32,000 nucleotides of DNA from an uncultured bacterium (GCA_963736115.1 CAVTNR010000001.1:79091-111090); one strand, 5' to 3'; positions 8,261 to 16,231 are shown, counted from the first letter of the stretch. The notes: generated by a model from the sequence alone, not told the origin. Program-made: numbers and translations.

Positions 8261-8877
8261 GGTTCCTCCTCGTCGATCCGCTTGTTGTATTCAAAATCCG
8301 TGTTGAAAATCCTCCGGGTCAGGTCGCTGGGATGAAAGCAGTGGAGATTTTTGATTTCTTCGAAAAAACGGGAGAGTTCCTTGCGGATATAGATCAGCTT
8401 TGTCCGGTAACCGCTCAACACGTCCGCCCGGAAATCCTCGAAGCGGAGCAGGATGCAGGGAGGGTTAGACAGGTCGTACTTTCGTCGATCCTCTCCTTTC
8501 TCCAGCAAGATCAGGTTGATCTCGTTCACTTCTTTGTCGATGCGCAGGATGTCGGATTCGATTTTTTTGAAATCGGGATCGGCCTTAAGGGCTTCCTTCT
8601 CCAGATCGAAGATTTCCCCGTTCAGTTTTTTCAGGGCCGCGGGATCGGATTTTTCGGAGTTTTTCTTCATGGTGTCCAGCCGGCTTCTGGCGGATGGAAG
8701 ACCGGGGACGGCCTCGAAGATCTTGGCCTGCCGCGTGACAAGCGCCTGTCTTTGAGCATTCAGAGACTGCAAAAATTCTCCCTTGGCGTCCATGATTTCA
8801 TTTGCGGTCGCGTCCGGGGTTAGTCCCAGTTTGGCGTAGGAAGTGTTTCGGCTGAGGATCACGGGGTAATTGAACAT
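8257..8877 (-). CDS. J-like co-chaperone candidate with a split J-domain and DPD in place of HPD (tentative)
   Basis: 206-aa ORF with AGGGAGA upstream of the ATG at 8877. The N-terminal SYAKLGLTPDATANEIMDAKGEF resembles J-domain helix I/II. KEALKADPDFKKIESDILRIDKEVNEINLILLEKGEDRRKYD aligns by eye to KLALKYHPDKN...FKEINEAYEVLSDPEKRxxYD. It is the first gene of the Hsp70 operon. Confidence 0.55.
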   Translation of the reverse strand: MFNYPVILSRNTSYAKLGLTPDATANEIMDAKGEFLQSLNAQRQALVTRQAKIFEAVPGLPSARSRLDTMKKNSEKSDPAALKKLNGEIFDLEKEALKADPDFKKIESDILRIDKEVNEINLILLEKGEDRRKYDLSNPPCILLRFEDFRADVLSGYRTKLIYIRKELSRFFEEIKNLHCFHPSDLTRRIFNTDFEYNKRIDEEEP

Positions 8878-9094
8878 AAGACACCTGATCTCCCTGTGAA
8901 TGGACGACTTGTCGTTGTTTTCGATGATGGGGTTCGATAAGGAGATGGAAAGGAGGCGTTATCTGTCGGCCATCCCATAGGCATGAATAAAAAAAGGAAT
9001 GGCCCACCGCTGACTCGGAATTTGCAGCGTTGGAAATCCTCACTCCCTCCCCAGAATAATGGTTTTCGAAAAAACGAAAAGAAGAGCCCGACAA

Positions 9095-9345
9095 ATCTCT
9101 ATAAATAAATAATAATAAAACGATGAGTATACAGGTATAGGAATAATGTTTGCAAAATATTGATTATTTGTTTGAAAATCAAGAAGAATGTCCGGCATTT
9201 CGACATTAAAAGGCATAATATCCAGAATATATAATCATATAGAGTTTGAAAGCGAGCGGGATTCCGCTGTCGCCAAAATGTAAACAATTATAATTAAACA
9301 GATTACGAAACAACAGAAAGATATTCCTCATTCTGTGTCCGCAGG
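9095..9345. other. AT-rich island (~250 bp) between the two minus-strand operons; likely the promoter/regulatory region for the Hsp70 operon
   Basis: Runs such as ataaataaataataataaaacgatgagtatacaggtataggaataatgtttgcaaaatattgattatttgtttgaaaatc contrast sharply with the GC-rich flanks. No credible ORF lies here (only a 62-aa Phe/Ile/Leu-rich ORF). It sits 220-470 nt upstream of the ATG at 8877. Confidence 0.6.
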
Positions 9346-9436
9346 GGTGGTTCTGGCATTTTTCCAAATTACTATCAATAGTAACGACATCTGAAGAAGA
9401 GGAAATAATCCAGGCGTTTGAAATCAGCCCACGGTT

Positions 9437-10570
9437 TTATTTCAATTCCACGATCTCCCGCACCACCGCCTCGGCCGCTTTCTCCAGGGGCCCGGCGGCC
9501 GTTCTTACGGACGGGTCCTGCGCCAGGGTTTCCCCGACTTTTTCCAGCCTGCTGAAATTCCCGAAAATGATTTTGTAAAGGGGTACCTTCGACCCGTAAT
9601 TTCCCCAGTCCACCTCGGTCTTCATGAACCGGCTGAACGAACCGGAAAGACGGATGAACAGGCTTAAAGCCTTCTTGGGCAGTTCGTTCAGTACGACACC
9701 GTCCAGATCCCTCACTTTCGACAGAAATTCGCGGATGGCCGGTTGCGGATAGACCTCCTCGAAGAACCGGATGAAACGGGCGCTCGTCACGCCGCGGAGC
9801 TCGCACAAATTTCCGCTCAGGCATAGATAGAGAAGTTCGATGGCCTGGTGGAAAACCGGAAGATCAAGGTGTTTCGCCGTCAGAATTCCGGGGCGCTGGT
9901 CGTCGTGCCAGGCGGCTTGAAAGACGGTTTTGCCGACGTCGAGCACGAAATCGTCCACTTCCCGTTCCGTGGCGGCGGTCCCGGATTCGGCGAGCAGTTC
10001 TCCCGCGCCTTCCCGGAACCGGGAGAGGCGGAGAAAATACTGCTCGTGGCCGGCGGACATCAGCCGGATGAACCGGTCGTCGATCATGGGATAGCCCGGA
10101 CTGACGTAGAGATCCTCGACGATCAGGCTGTATTCCGCCCAGAAATCCTCATGGACCCGGCACAGGTAGTAGACGGGCATATCGTGCGGAGTCAGTCGGA
10201 TGTCCAGGTAGACCCGGTAATTGCATGCGTCCCGGATGCACGACTGCAGACCTTCCTGATTCGTGAGGCGGACGGAATGATCGCCGTAAGGCGACCGGAT
10301 TGTGACTTCGCGCGTGAGGGTCTCCGAGATGTCGGACAGGATCCGGCTGGATCCTCCCGCGTTTTCGAGGGTGAGACGATGGGCGTCGTAAGTCCGGATG
10401 GCCTCGAGAAGCGGGGCCAGGATCGATCGGGGGTCCATGTCCCAGGTCGAATGACCCGGCACGTACCCGTAACGGCTGTGCGAGGTCGATCCTTCCTCGA
10501 AATCTCCGTCCCGCGTCCGGTCGGAGCCGGTAGCAACGGCGCCTTCGGTGTCCCAGTATTCATCGGTCAT
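9437..10570 (-). CDS. Hypothetical 377-aa protein, last gene of the ClpB-like/MoxR/vWA operon; no motif recognised
   Basis: The ATG at 10570 is preceded by GGGGAG and overlaps the vWA gene stop by 11 nt. Composition is non-repetitive and typical of coding sequence. Confidence 0.7.
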   Translation of the reverse strand: MTDEYWDTEGAVATGSDRTRDGDFEEGSTSHSRYGYVPGHSTWDMDPRSILAPLLEAIRTYDAHRLTLENAGGSSRILSDISETLTREVTIRSPYGDHSVRLTNQEGLQSCIRDACNYRVYLDIRLTPHDMPVYYLCRVHEDFWAEYSLIVEDLYVSPGYPMIDDRFIRLMSAGHEQYFLRLSRFREGAGELLAESGTAATEREVDDFVLDVGKTVFQAAWHDDQRPGILTAKHLDLPVFHQAIELLYLCLSGNLCELRGVTSARFIRFFEEVYPQPAIREFLSKVRDLDGVVLNELPKKALSLFIRLSGSFSRFMKTEVDWGNYGSKVPLYKIIFGNFSRLEKVGETLAQDPSVRTAAGPLEKAAEAVVREIVELK

Positions 10571-12710
10571 GTTTCGACTCCCCGTTTTTCGTTACCGAAC
10601 GGTTGCGTTCCCGGATGCAGGAGGCCACGTATCGGCCGATTTTCCGCGCCACCGCGGCCGCGTCGTTGAGCTCGTCGGGAAGCACGGGAATAATTTTATC
10701 CACTTGTTTTTCCAGCCCGGTTTCCCGATCGATCCCAAGCGCGACCATGGTGGTGTGCAGTTTCCCGTTTGATTCCGCGTTCAAGGACTCGAATACGGCC
10801 TGCACTTCCACTATCCCGGACTTGGAATTCTGGAAGGACCGGTTCCATTGGCAGTCGGTGATTAAAATCAGGTACATCATGCGTCCGCGGGCGAGGGCTT
10901 TGGCCTCGCGCATGATGAAGGCAATGGAGACAGCGTCTGACTGAACGCCGGTTCCGGTATCCGGGAGTCCGGGCAGCGCCCGGAGCGCGTCCTGCTTGTA
11001 CAGCACGGGCGTTTTCTTCGGATGGTAAATCCACTGAACCAGGGGGCCCGTCATGCCCGGCCGGACCTCTCCGCTGTGGTACAGGCCGGCAAGAAGCTGA
11101 ATTTCGCTCCGGGACGTGGATTTCAGCCAGGCCGCGGTCAGGAGTTTCAGCATGTGCATCTGACGGCTGTTCAGCGATCCCGATCCGTCACAGGCGATGG
11201 CCAGCACCGGCCGGCCGCGACGGTCCGCCCTTTCCCGCATGCGGTACCGTTTAAACACGGCCGCCGAAAAATCCGCCAGGGACAGCCGTGCGGTGTCCAG
11301 TGCCCCGGATGTGCGCAAACGGTCCGTTTCGGGAAGCTTCTGCACGTTCGGATAGAGGCTTCGGCGCAGAGCTTCAGTGACGGGGAGGGCTTCCTCCAGC
11401 AGCTTTTGACAGGCGGACATGTCCTCTGAAAGCGGCACCGGTCGGTCGAATATCTCGGCAGTGGTGGTCTTGCCGTCAGCCAGGGGCACTTCGATCTGGC
11501 GTCCGTCGGACGGGCTGCCCTCCATCAGGCCGCCGTCGAAGATTTTAAAATGAAGCATCCGCTCGACCAGATCGGACCTGATGTCCTCCCAGGACCGTTG
11601 ACGGATTCCGGCAGCGCGCAGGGTCATGATGAATTTGACGAGCGCGGTTTCCTCCTGGTCGGTCCGTCCCAGGGGATCCTCCTTGGTCCCGGACAGGAGG
11701 TTGTTGACCATTACCATGGTCAACCGTTCGACGATACTGTCCGGATCGATCAGCAGGGGCGGTGTGAGCCGTTCCAGCGGATGGAGTTCCGATTCCCCGG
11801 AAGGCTCGCCGGCTTCCACGTCAAATACTTCGTCTAGTACGTCGAGGGCCTCAGGGTGTCCGGGTTTAGCCGAGTTGAGGAACTGAGACCGTTCCGGATT
11901 TATTTTCCGGGGAGCCTTTACCATCGGCGCGAGCGCCTTGACCAGGTCGCGGCCCCACTGGTTCCCCAGTTCCAGGAGGAATCCCGGTTCCGTCCGGTTC
12001 AGTGCCTCGATATAGGGGCGAGACGTCAAGACGGTCTTTTCCAGCATCATAGCCGTGACAGGATGCAGTTCCAGCCGCCTGAAATCGGGCAGAAGCTCCC
12101 CGTAGAGCACGCCGTTGAAAACCACGTCGATCACGGTGCGGAACCGGAGATCCTGCTGAGACGCCATGAAGAGACGGTAGATCTCGAGCGCGGAGAAGGC
12201 GGGATCGGACGACAGTTCCTGGAGCAGGATCCGGATGCGAATGGCCTTCTCGATGATTTTCACCAGAAGGAGCCGGTTTTGACCATCCGTCTCGGTGCCT
12301 TCCGTCACCGTCTCATCTTCGAGCATGAGAATCAGGGAAATCACCTTTTCGCTGAAAACAGCTTCATATTCCAAATATCCGGTCAGTCCGATGGCGGCGT
12401 ACGCCGCCGCGACCGCCGGGTACTGCGTGTACAGGCAGCTGAGCTGGGGTTTCACGCAAAAGGGCGATTCGGGATCGGGATTCCGCCCGGCGAGCCTGTG
12501 AACCGCCGTCTGGATCTGGGTCATCCGGCGGTAGAAGAGGTTCTGGGCCGGGAGCCTCTCCGAGAGATCCATGTTTGGACGGAACGCATCCCCCAGGGTA
12601 ATTCCCGCCCAGTCCGATTTCGACTTGCGCTTCCGGTAATAGGAGGAATACCATCCGCGGGTCGAGTGATCATCGTCCCGGTTTGAAGCGTTTTTCCCGG
12701 CTGTTGTCAT
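10560..12710 (-). CDS. Large protein with a C-terminal von Willebrand factor A (vWA/MIDAS) domain; CbbO/NorD-like architecture
   Basis: 716 aa. MIDAS DxSxS motif in PVLAIACDGSGSLNS (about 11176-11190). Downstream TGTGVQSD and LILITDCQ fit the remaining MIDAS positions. Long helical N-terminal region. Lies immediately downstream of a MoxR-class ATPase gene. Confidence 0.85.
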   Translation of the reverse strand: MTTAGKNASNRDDDHSTRGWYSSYYRKRKSKSDWAGITLGDAFRPNMDLSERLPAQNLFYRRMTQIQTAVHRLAGRNPDPESPFCVKPQLSCLYTQYPAVAAAYAAIGLTGYLEYEAVFSEKVISLILMLEDETVTEGTETDGQNRLLLVKIIEKAIRIRILLQELSSDPAFSALEIYRLFMASQQDLRFRTVIDVVFNGVLYGELLPDFRRLELHPVTAMMLEKTVLTSRPYIEALNRTEPGFLLELGNQWGRDLVKALAPMVKAPRKINPERSQFLNSAKPGHPEALDVLDEVFDVEAGEPSGESELHPLERLTPPLLIDPDSIVERLTMVMVNNLLSGTKEDPLGRTDQEETALVKFIMTLRAAGIRQRSWEDIRSDLVERMLHFKIFDGGLMEGSPSDGRQIEVPLADGKTTTAEIFDRPVPLSEDMSACQKLLEEALPVTEALRRSLYPNVQKLPETDRLRTSGALDTARLSLADFSAAVFKRYRMRERADRRGRPVLAIACDGSGSLNSRQMHMLKLLTAAWLKSTSRSEIQLLAGLYHSGEVRPGMTGPLVQWIYHPKKTPVLYKQDALRALPGLPDTGTGVQSDAVSIAFIMREAKALARGRMMYLILITDCQWNRSFQNSKSGIVEVQAVFESLNAESNGKLHTTMVALGIDRETGLEKQVDKIIPVLPDELNDAAAVARKIGRYVASCIRERNRSVTKNGESKHDR

Positions 12711-12725
12711 GGCGTATCATCCCAC

Positions 12726-13739
12726 TTAAAAAAGGTTGCCCTGTATGGTCGTGGTTTCGTCTTCCTCCATCTTCAGACCGAAGACCTGGTTGAAAACGCT
12801 GTGGTTCAGCTTCCGGTCCTCCAGGCTGGCATTGCCCATCAGGGTGGTCTGGGTGATCTGCTGAAGGCTCAGGTGGGGCATGGCGCCGGCCATCCGCAGA
12901 AATGCCAGGTACCCGTAAATGGAAGGCGGCGGAACGGATTGAAGCCTCCCCTCGACACGGTGTTTTCGGATTTCCTGGCCCATCGCGACCACCTTGACGA
13001 TCAGGTCCCTTTTTAACTCCGACGCATGGGTCTCGCGGACCAGATGCTGGAGGACCAGAATCTCGAGATCGGCCGGAAGGTAGTCGAGCGTGATGTTCAT
13101 CGAGAACCGACGTTTCAAGGCGTCATCGAGAGTGACCAGAGTGTGGGTCGATTCGTTTTCCGCCTGGTAATTGCTGTCGGAGATCCATGTGATGAATTCA
13201 CCGCGGATGGTGTTGCCGTCGGGGAGCAGAATATGCCCCCGGGTCATCAGGTCGAGAAGGCCCCCCTGCACGCTCGAAGAATGAACCCGTCCCATCTCCC
13301 TCAGCCAGACCAGTGGGTAATTTGCGTCTGTGGACGCCTCCGCGTCCTTCAGGGATTCGACCAGTTTGCTCGGCTCGTCGTACGTGGTGCCCCCCTTGAG
13401 CGAACGCCGCTGGTACAATTCACCGGGCGTTTCGTAGACGGCCATTTCGACGGGATACACCTTCAGGAGTTTGACGGGAAGCCCGAGCCGGTTGCAGACA
13501 TGGCTGAAGTTTTCCGGCACCCGGTACAGCGCCTCGATCAGGGACGTTTTGGCACTGCCGGTCGGTCCGCTCAGATGGATGAATTCATGCGAGGCAATGC
13601 CGTACACGAGCGATTCCAGGATCCATTTCAGGATGAAAAGGGGATTGCCGCCGGGCGCGGGAAGCAATTCGATCAAATCCTCCGCGCCGGCCTTCCGGTA
13701 CGCTTTTTCCGCAGCGATGTGAAATACCTGTTTCGACAT
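12726..13739 (-). CDS. MoxR/CbbQ/NorQ-class (AAA_5-like) AAA+ ATPase with a non-canonical Walker B
   Basis: Perfect AAGGAGGA RBS 5 nt upstream of the ATG at 13739. Walker A is GPTGSAKT (13545-13568). LVWLREMGRV sits where hhhhDE is expected. GGLLDLMTRGHILLPDG and LDDALKRRF match the MoxR sensor/Arg regions. Confidence 0.85.
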   Translation of the reverse strand: MSKQVFHIAAEKAYRKAGAEDLIELLPAPGGNPLFILKWILESLVYGIASHEFIHLSGPTGSAKTSLIEALYRVPENFSHVCNRLGLPVKLLKVYPVEMAVYETPGELYQRRSLKGGTTYDEPSKLVESLKDAEASTDANYPLVWLREMGRVHSSSVQGGLLDLMTRGHILLPDGNTIRGEFITWISDSNYQAENESTHTLVTLDDALKRRFSMNITLDYLPADLEILVLQHLVRETHASELKRDLIVKVVAMGQEIRKHRVEGRLQSVPPPSIYGYLAFLRMAGAMPHLSLQQITQTTLMGNASLEDRKLNHSVFNQVFGLKMEEDETTTIQGNLF

Positions 13740-13756
13740 GGCGTCCTCCTTATTGT

Positions 13757-16024
13757 TCAGGCCGGCCGAAGGGTCAGCCGTTCGTCCGAATCCGCATCAA
13801 CGATCCAGACGGCTGAAGATCCGGCCCGGTTTTTTCTCAGGAATTCCATGAAAGCCTCCGCGGCCAGCGACCGCGCCTCCTCGATGATCGCGCGGGCCCC
13901 GAATGCGAGGACGTGTGTGTCCATCCGTCCAATCACCCGCGATCCGACCGAAGGTTCCACCCGGACTTCGTCTACGTTCATCCGCATCCGTGACGCGGCC
14001 GCCCAAATCGAAGCGCGTATGGCGCGTTCGACGATCAGAGCCAGGGCGGGTCCGTCCAGCGGCCGGAACAGGATGGGTGTCCCGATCCGGGATAGAAAAG
14101 CGCCGGAGAAAAGATCCCGGATTTCGGAAAGGACCGTGTTCCGGATCTCCCGGTCGGAGGTCTGATCCTGAAATCCGATGCGTTTCCGCACTCCCTCGTC
14201 CCTTCCATTGGGCAGATTGATGGTGAACGCGAAGACCAGGTTGGCGCATGAGAACATCGTGCCCGAGGCGCTCTGGCCTTCGCCGGTCTCCAGGATCTGC
14301 AGGAAGATATCCGCAATGGCGGAGCGGACTTGGGGTGGCGCATGATCCAGGTCGCTCACCTCGACGAGGGCTCCGGCGTGATGTTTGGCGGCTTGTTCCA
14401 GTCGTCCGCTCTGGTAGGAGCCCACGATACCGCGTCCCGAGCCGAGAAGCTGGGCCGAGGCTGTGTAGAAATCGGGTATACTCGCAGCATCGATGTTGAT
14501 GTAGGGAATGCCCAGTTCCCGCGCCACCAGGACGGCGCTCTGGGATTTTCCTGTGGCCGGCGTGCCCTGGGCGCAGTAGCGGATGGGCTGGTGATCCGGC
14601 CGGGTCAGGCATTCCATTCGTAACCTCGCCACCAGCTGGTCGATGGCGTCGTCCTGGGCCAGGATTTCGGTCTTCACGACATCCGCCAGGTCAGACCGGG
14701 TCAGCACGGCGTTCAGACGTTCCTGGACATGCTCCAGTCGTCCGCCGCGGGGGCGGTTGGGCAGACCTGAAAAAGTCTCGGACAGTTCATGTATATCCGT
14801 GGCGAAATCCCTGGCAGGTCGCGGAGGCGAGCCTCCGGCCTGAAGGATGTTCCATTCCCGCTGGACCAGCGCTGTCAGCACCCGGACCCGGCCCGAGGCC
14901 GGAAGGTCCGAGAGGGCCGACCGAATCCGGTCGAACAATCCGGATTTCAGCGCCGCCGGCACGCCGCCCGATTTCCAGCCGACCTGATCGATTGAAAACC
15001 GGATCATCGAATCCTCCGGGATGTCCGGGGCGTGGCGGATAACCGGCAACAGGGGATCACTCGTACCGCCCTGCCCGCCGTGGAACACCGATTGGAGTTG
15101 CGGATAGTTGCCCGTGAAAATGACCTGTTTCCCGGAGCCGGCCAAAAGTTGAAGCATGGTCTGCACTTCGTTGGCCATCTCGTAGGGATTGATTCCGAAA
15201 TTCAGGCATGCCGCGGGTACGGCCACAATGCCGGGAGCCTTGCCGGCCAGATCCACAAGTGTTTTTCCGTTCAGGGACGGCACCATCAGGCGTCCCACCG
15301 TTCCGCCGGCCGAGGAGAGATGCCGGGCCAGGTGGGCCAGAAGGTAATCCCCGGCGACCGGGTGCTGTATCGCGACGGCGATGGAGAGGGATCCGCTCAT
15401 GAAATCGATCACCTGCCCGCACCAGGCGTCGAGAACCGGGGCGAAGGCGTCATCCGATTCCTTTCCCGGAAGGATGCATTCCAATATTTCGGAAATGTTC
15501 TTGTACCGTTCCAGCAGATCCGAGTCCGCAAGATCCTCGGGCAATTCGTCCTGAAGCGCAATGGCGGCGGATTCAAGATTCTTCAGCTCCGAGAGGAATA
15601 CCCCGGAGCGTGTGGGCGTCATCGGGATCGCCTGAACCCGCATTTCGACCCACAGCGATGACTGACCGGAATCCGTCGTCTGGGCGGGAGGAATGAGGCG
15701 GACTTTATCGCCGAAACGGGACAGATGGGCGAACAGATTTTCGGCGGAGATCCGGACCGAGCGGGGCGCTTTCAGAAGTTCGAATTGTATTCCGAGGACC
15801 CCGTCTTCGACAAGCCGGCAGGTGATGGCGCTGAGACCCTTCCGTCGGTTTTTTTCGCCCGGTCCGGTCCGGAAGGATTTTCCATCCGGCGCGACCGCCA
15901 TTTCGATCGGAACAGCCTGACGGATCAGGCCGATGATCTGGTGAATGACGATGGCCGGATCCGGGCCGTCCGGGGTTTTGGAATTCCAGCTTGAGACGGT
16001 CGGCTGTTTGAATCCGGATGTCAT
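13757..16024 (-). CDS. ClpA/ClpB-like AAA+ protein: novel N-terminal region, degenerate D1-like ring, D2-type module with Walker A and ClpB_D2-small-like C-terminus
   Basis: The ORF track starts at a GTG (16054). The ATG at 16024 has AGGAGA 5 nt upstream, so it is the preferred start. D2 shows Walker A GTPATGKS (14542-14565), ALVEVSDLDHAPPQVRSAIADIFLQILETGE (compare [23 protein letters not shown]), ANLVFAFTINLP, and FLSRIGTPILFRPLD (compare FLNRIDEIIVFxPL). The segment GIVAVPAACLNFGINPYEMANEVQTMLQLLAGSGKQVIFTGNYPQLQSVF resembles Clp D1 but has no P-loop. Confidence 0.85.
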   Translation of the reverse strand: MTSGFKQPTVSSWNSKTPDGPDPAIVIHQIIGLIRQAVPIEMAVAPDGKSFRTGPGEKNRRKGLSAITCRLVEDGVLGIQFELLKAPRSVRISAENLFAHLSRFGDKVRLIPPAQTTDSGQSSLWVEMRVQAIPMTPTRSGVFLSELKNLESAAIALQDELPEDLADSDLLERYKNISEILECILPGKESDDAFAPVLDAWCGQVIDFMSGSLSIAVAIQHPVAGDYLLAHLARHLSSAGGTVGRLMVPSLNGKTLVDLAGKAPGIVAVPAACLNFGINPYEMANEVQTMLQLLAGSGKQVIFTGNYPQLQSVFHGGQGGTSDPLLPVIRHAPDIPEDSMIRFSIDQVGWKSGGVPAALKSGLFDRIRSALSDLPASGRVRVLTALVQREWNILQAGGSPPRPARDFATDIHELSETFSGLPNRPRGGRLEHVQERLNAVLTRSDLADVVKTEILAQDDAIDQLVARLRMECLTRPDHQPIRYCAQGTPATGKSQSAVLVARELGIPYINIDAASIPDFYTASAQLLGSGRGIVGSYQSGRLEQAAKHHAGALVEVSDLDHAPPQVRSAIADIFLQILETGEGQSASGTMFSCANLVFAFTINLPNGRDEGVRKRIGFQDQTSDREIRNTVLSEIRDLFSGAFLSRIGTPILFRPLDGPALALIVERAIRASIWAAASRMRMNVDEVRVEPSVGSRVIGRMDTHVLAFGARAIIEEARSLAAEAFMEFLRKNRAGSSAVWIVDADSDERLTLRPA

Positions 16025-16077
16025 ACGTTCTCCTGTTCTGGGTGATCCAGCCACCCGATCCGGATAAGGACAAAAAA

Positions 16078-16095
16078 AAGGCCAGTTTTATAATG
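16078..16095 (-). promoter_or_regulatory. Weak sigma-54-like -24/-12 element upstream of the ClpB-like/MoxR/vWA operon
   Basis: The minus strand reads cTGGCCtttttTTGTcc. GG and G are correctly spaced against TGGCAC-N5-TTGC, but the invariant C of the -12 GC is a T. It lies about 55-70 nt upstream of the ATG at 16024 and next to a divergent sigma-54-activator-type gene. Confidence 0.2.
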
Positions 16096-16143
16096 ACCTG
16101 ACCGGGTTGCAGTTAGGCGACGCATGGGGTTGAGTTTTCCCGG

Positions 16144-16172
16144 TTGATTTATATGGGACAATGCACTAAATT
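16144..16172 (+). promoter_or_regulatory. Sigma-70-like promoter candidate for the regulator/NUDIX/RelA-SpoT operon
   Basis: TTGATT (16144-16149), 17-nt spacer, TAAATT (16167-16172), about 60 nt upstream of the ATG at 16232. A back-to-back minus-strand candidate TTTACA-N18-TATAAA (16177..16148) overlaps it. Confidence 0.3.
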
Positions 16173-16231
16173 GTAAATAATACCGCGTGCAGATCAACTG
16201 CCGGACCCAAACACCACCCCGCGGGAGGATC

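Noticed and set aside
9061-9084. A small A/U-rich hairpin (TTTTCG-T6-CGAAAA on the minus strand) and a GGCCAT...ATGGCC inverted repeat (about 8966-9006) in the leader of the Hsp70 operon.
   Set aside because: The stems are only 6 bp, and weak or with a 25-nt loop. That is not enough to propose a riboswitch, thermometer or attenuator without covariation data.
8798-9094. A 98-aa minus-strand ORF overlapping the start of the J-like gene.
   Set aside because: It is out of frame with the J-like gene, has implausible composition and no RBS. The region is better explained as a 5' leader.
9139-9154. A plus-strand AGGAAT-N5-TTGCA with correct GG-N10-GC spacing (sigma-54-like).
   Set aside because: It points into the 3' end of a minus-strand gene with no plus-strand gene downstream, and it lies in AT-rich DNA where such matches arise by chance. 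I also searched the minus strand of 8878-9436 for a -24/-12 element upstream of the Hsp70 operon and found none.
9099-9287. A 62-aa minus-strand ORF inside the AT-rich island.
   Set aside because: The Phe/Ile/Leu/Tyr-rich translation is simply what AT-rich DNA encodes. There is no RBS and no motif.
16187-16231. Upstream in-frame extensions proposed by the ORF track: 16187 for the regulator, 18300 for the RSH fusion, 21125 for the PKD protein, 25831 for the LysM protein, and GTG 16054 for the ClpB-like protein.
   Set aside because: In each case a downstream ATG has a much better Shine-Dalgarno sequence and/or yields a proper signal peptide. The extensions overlap upstream genes or promoter sequence.
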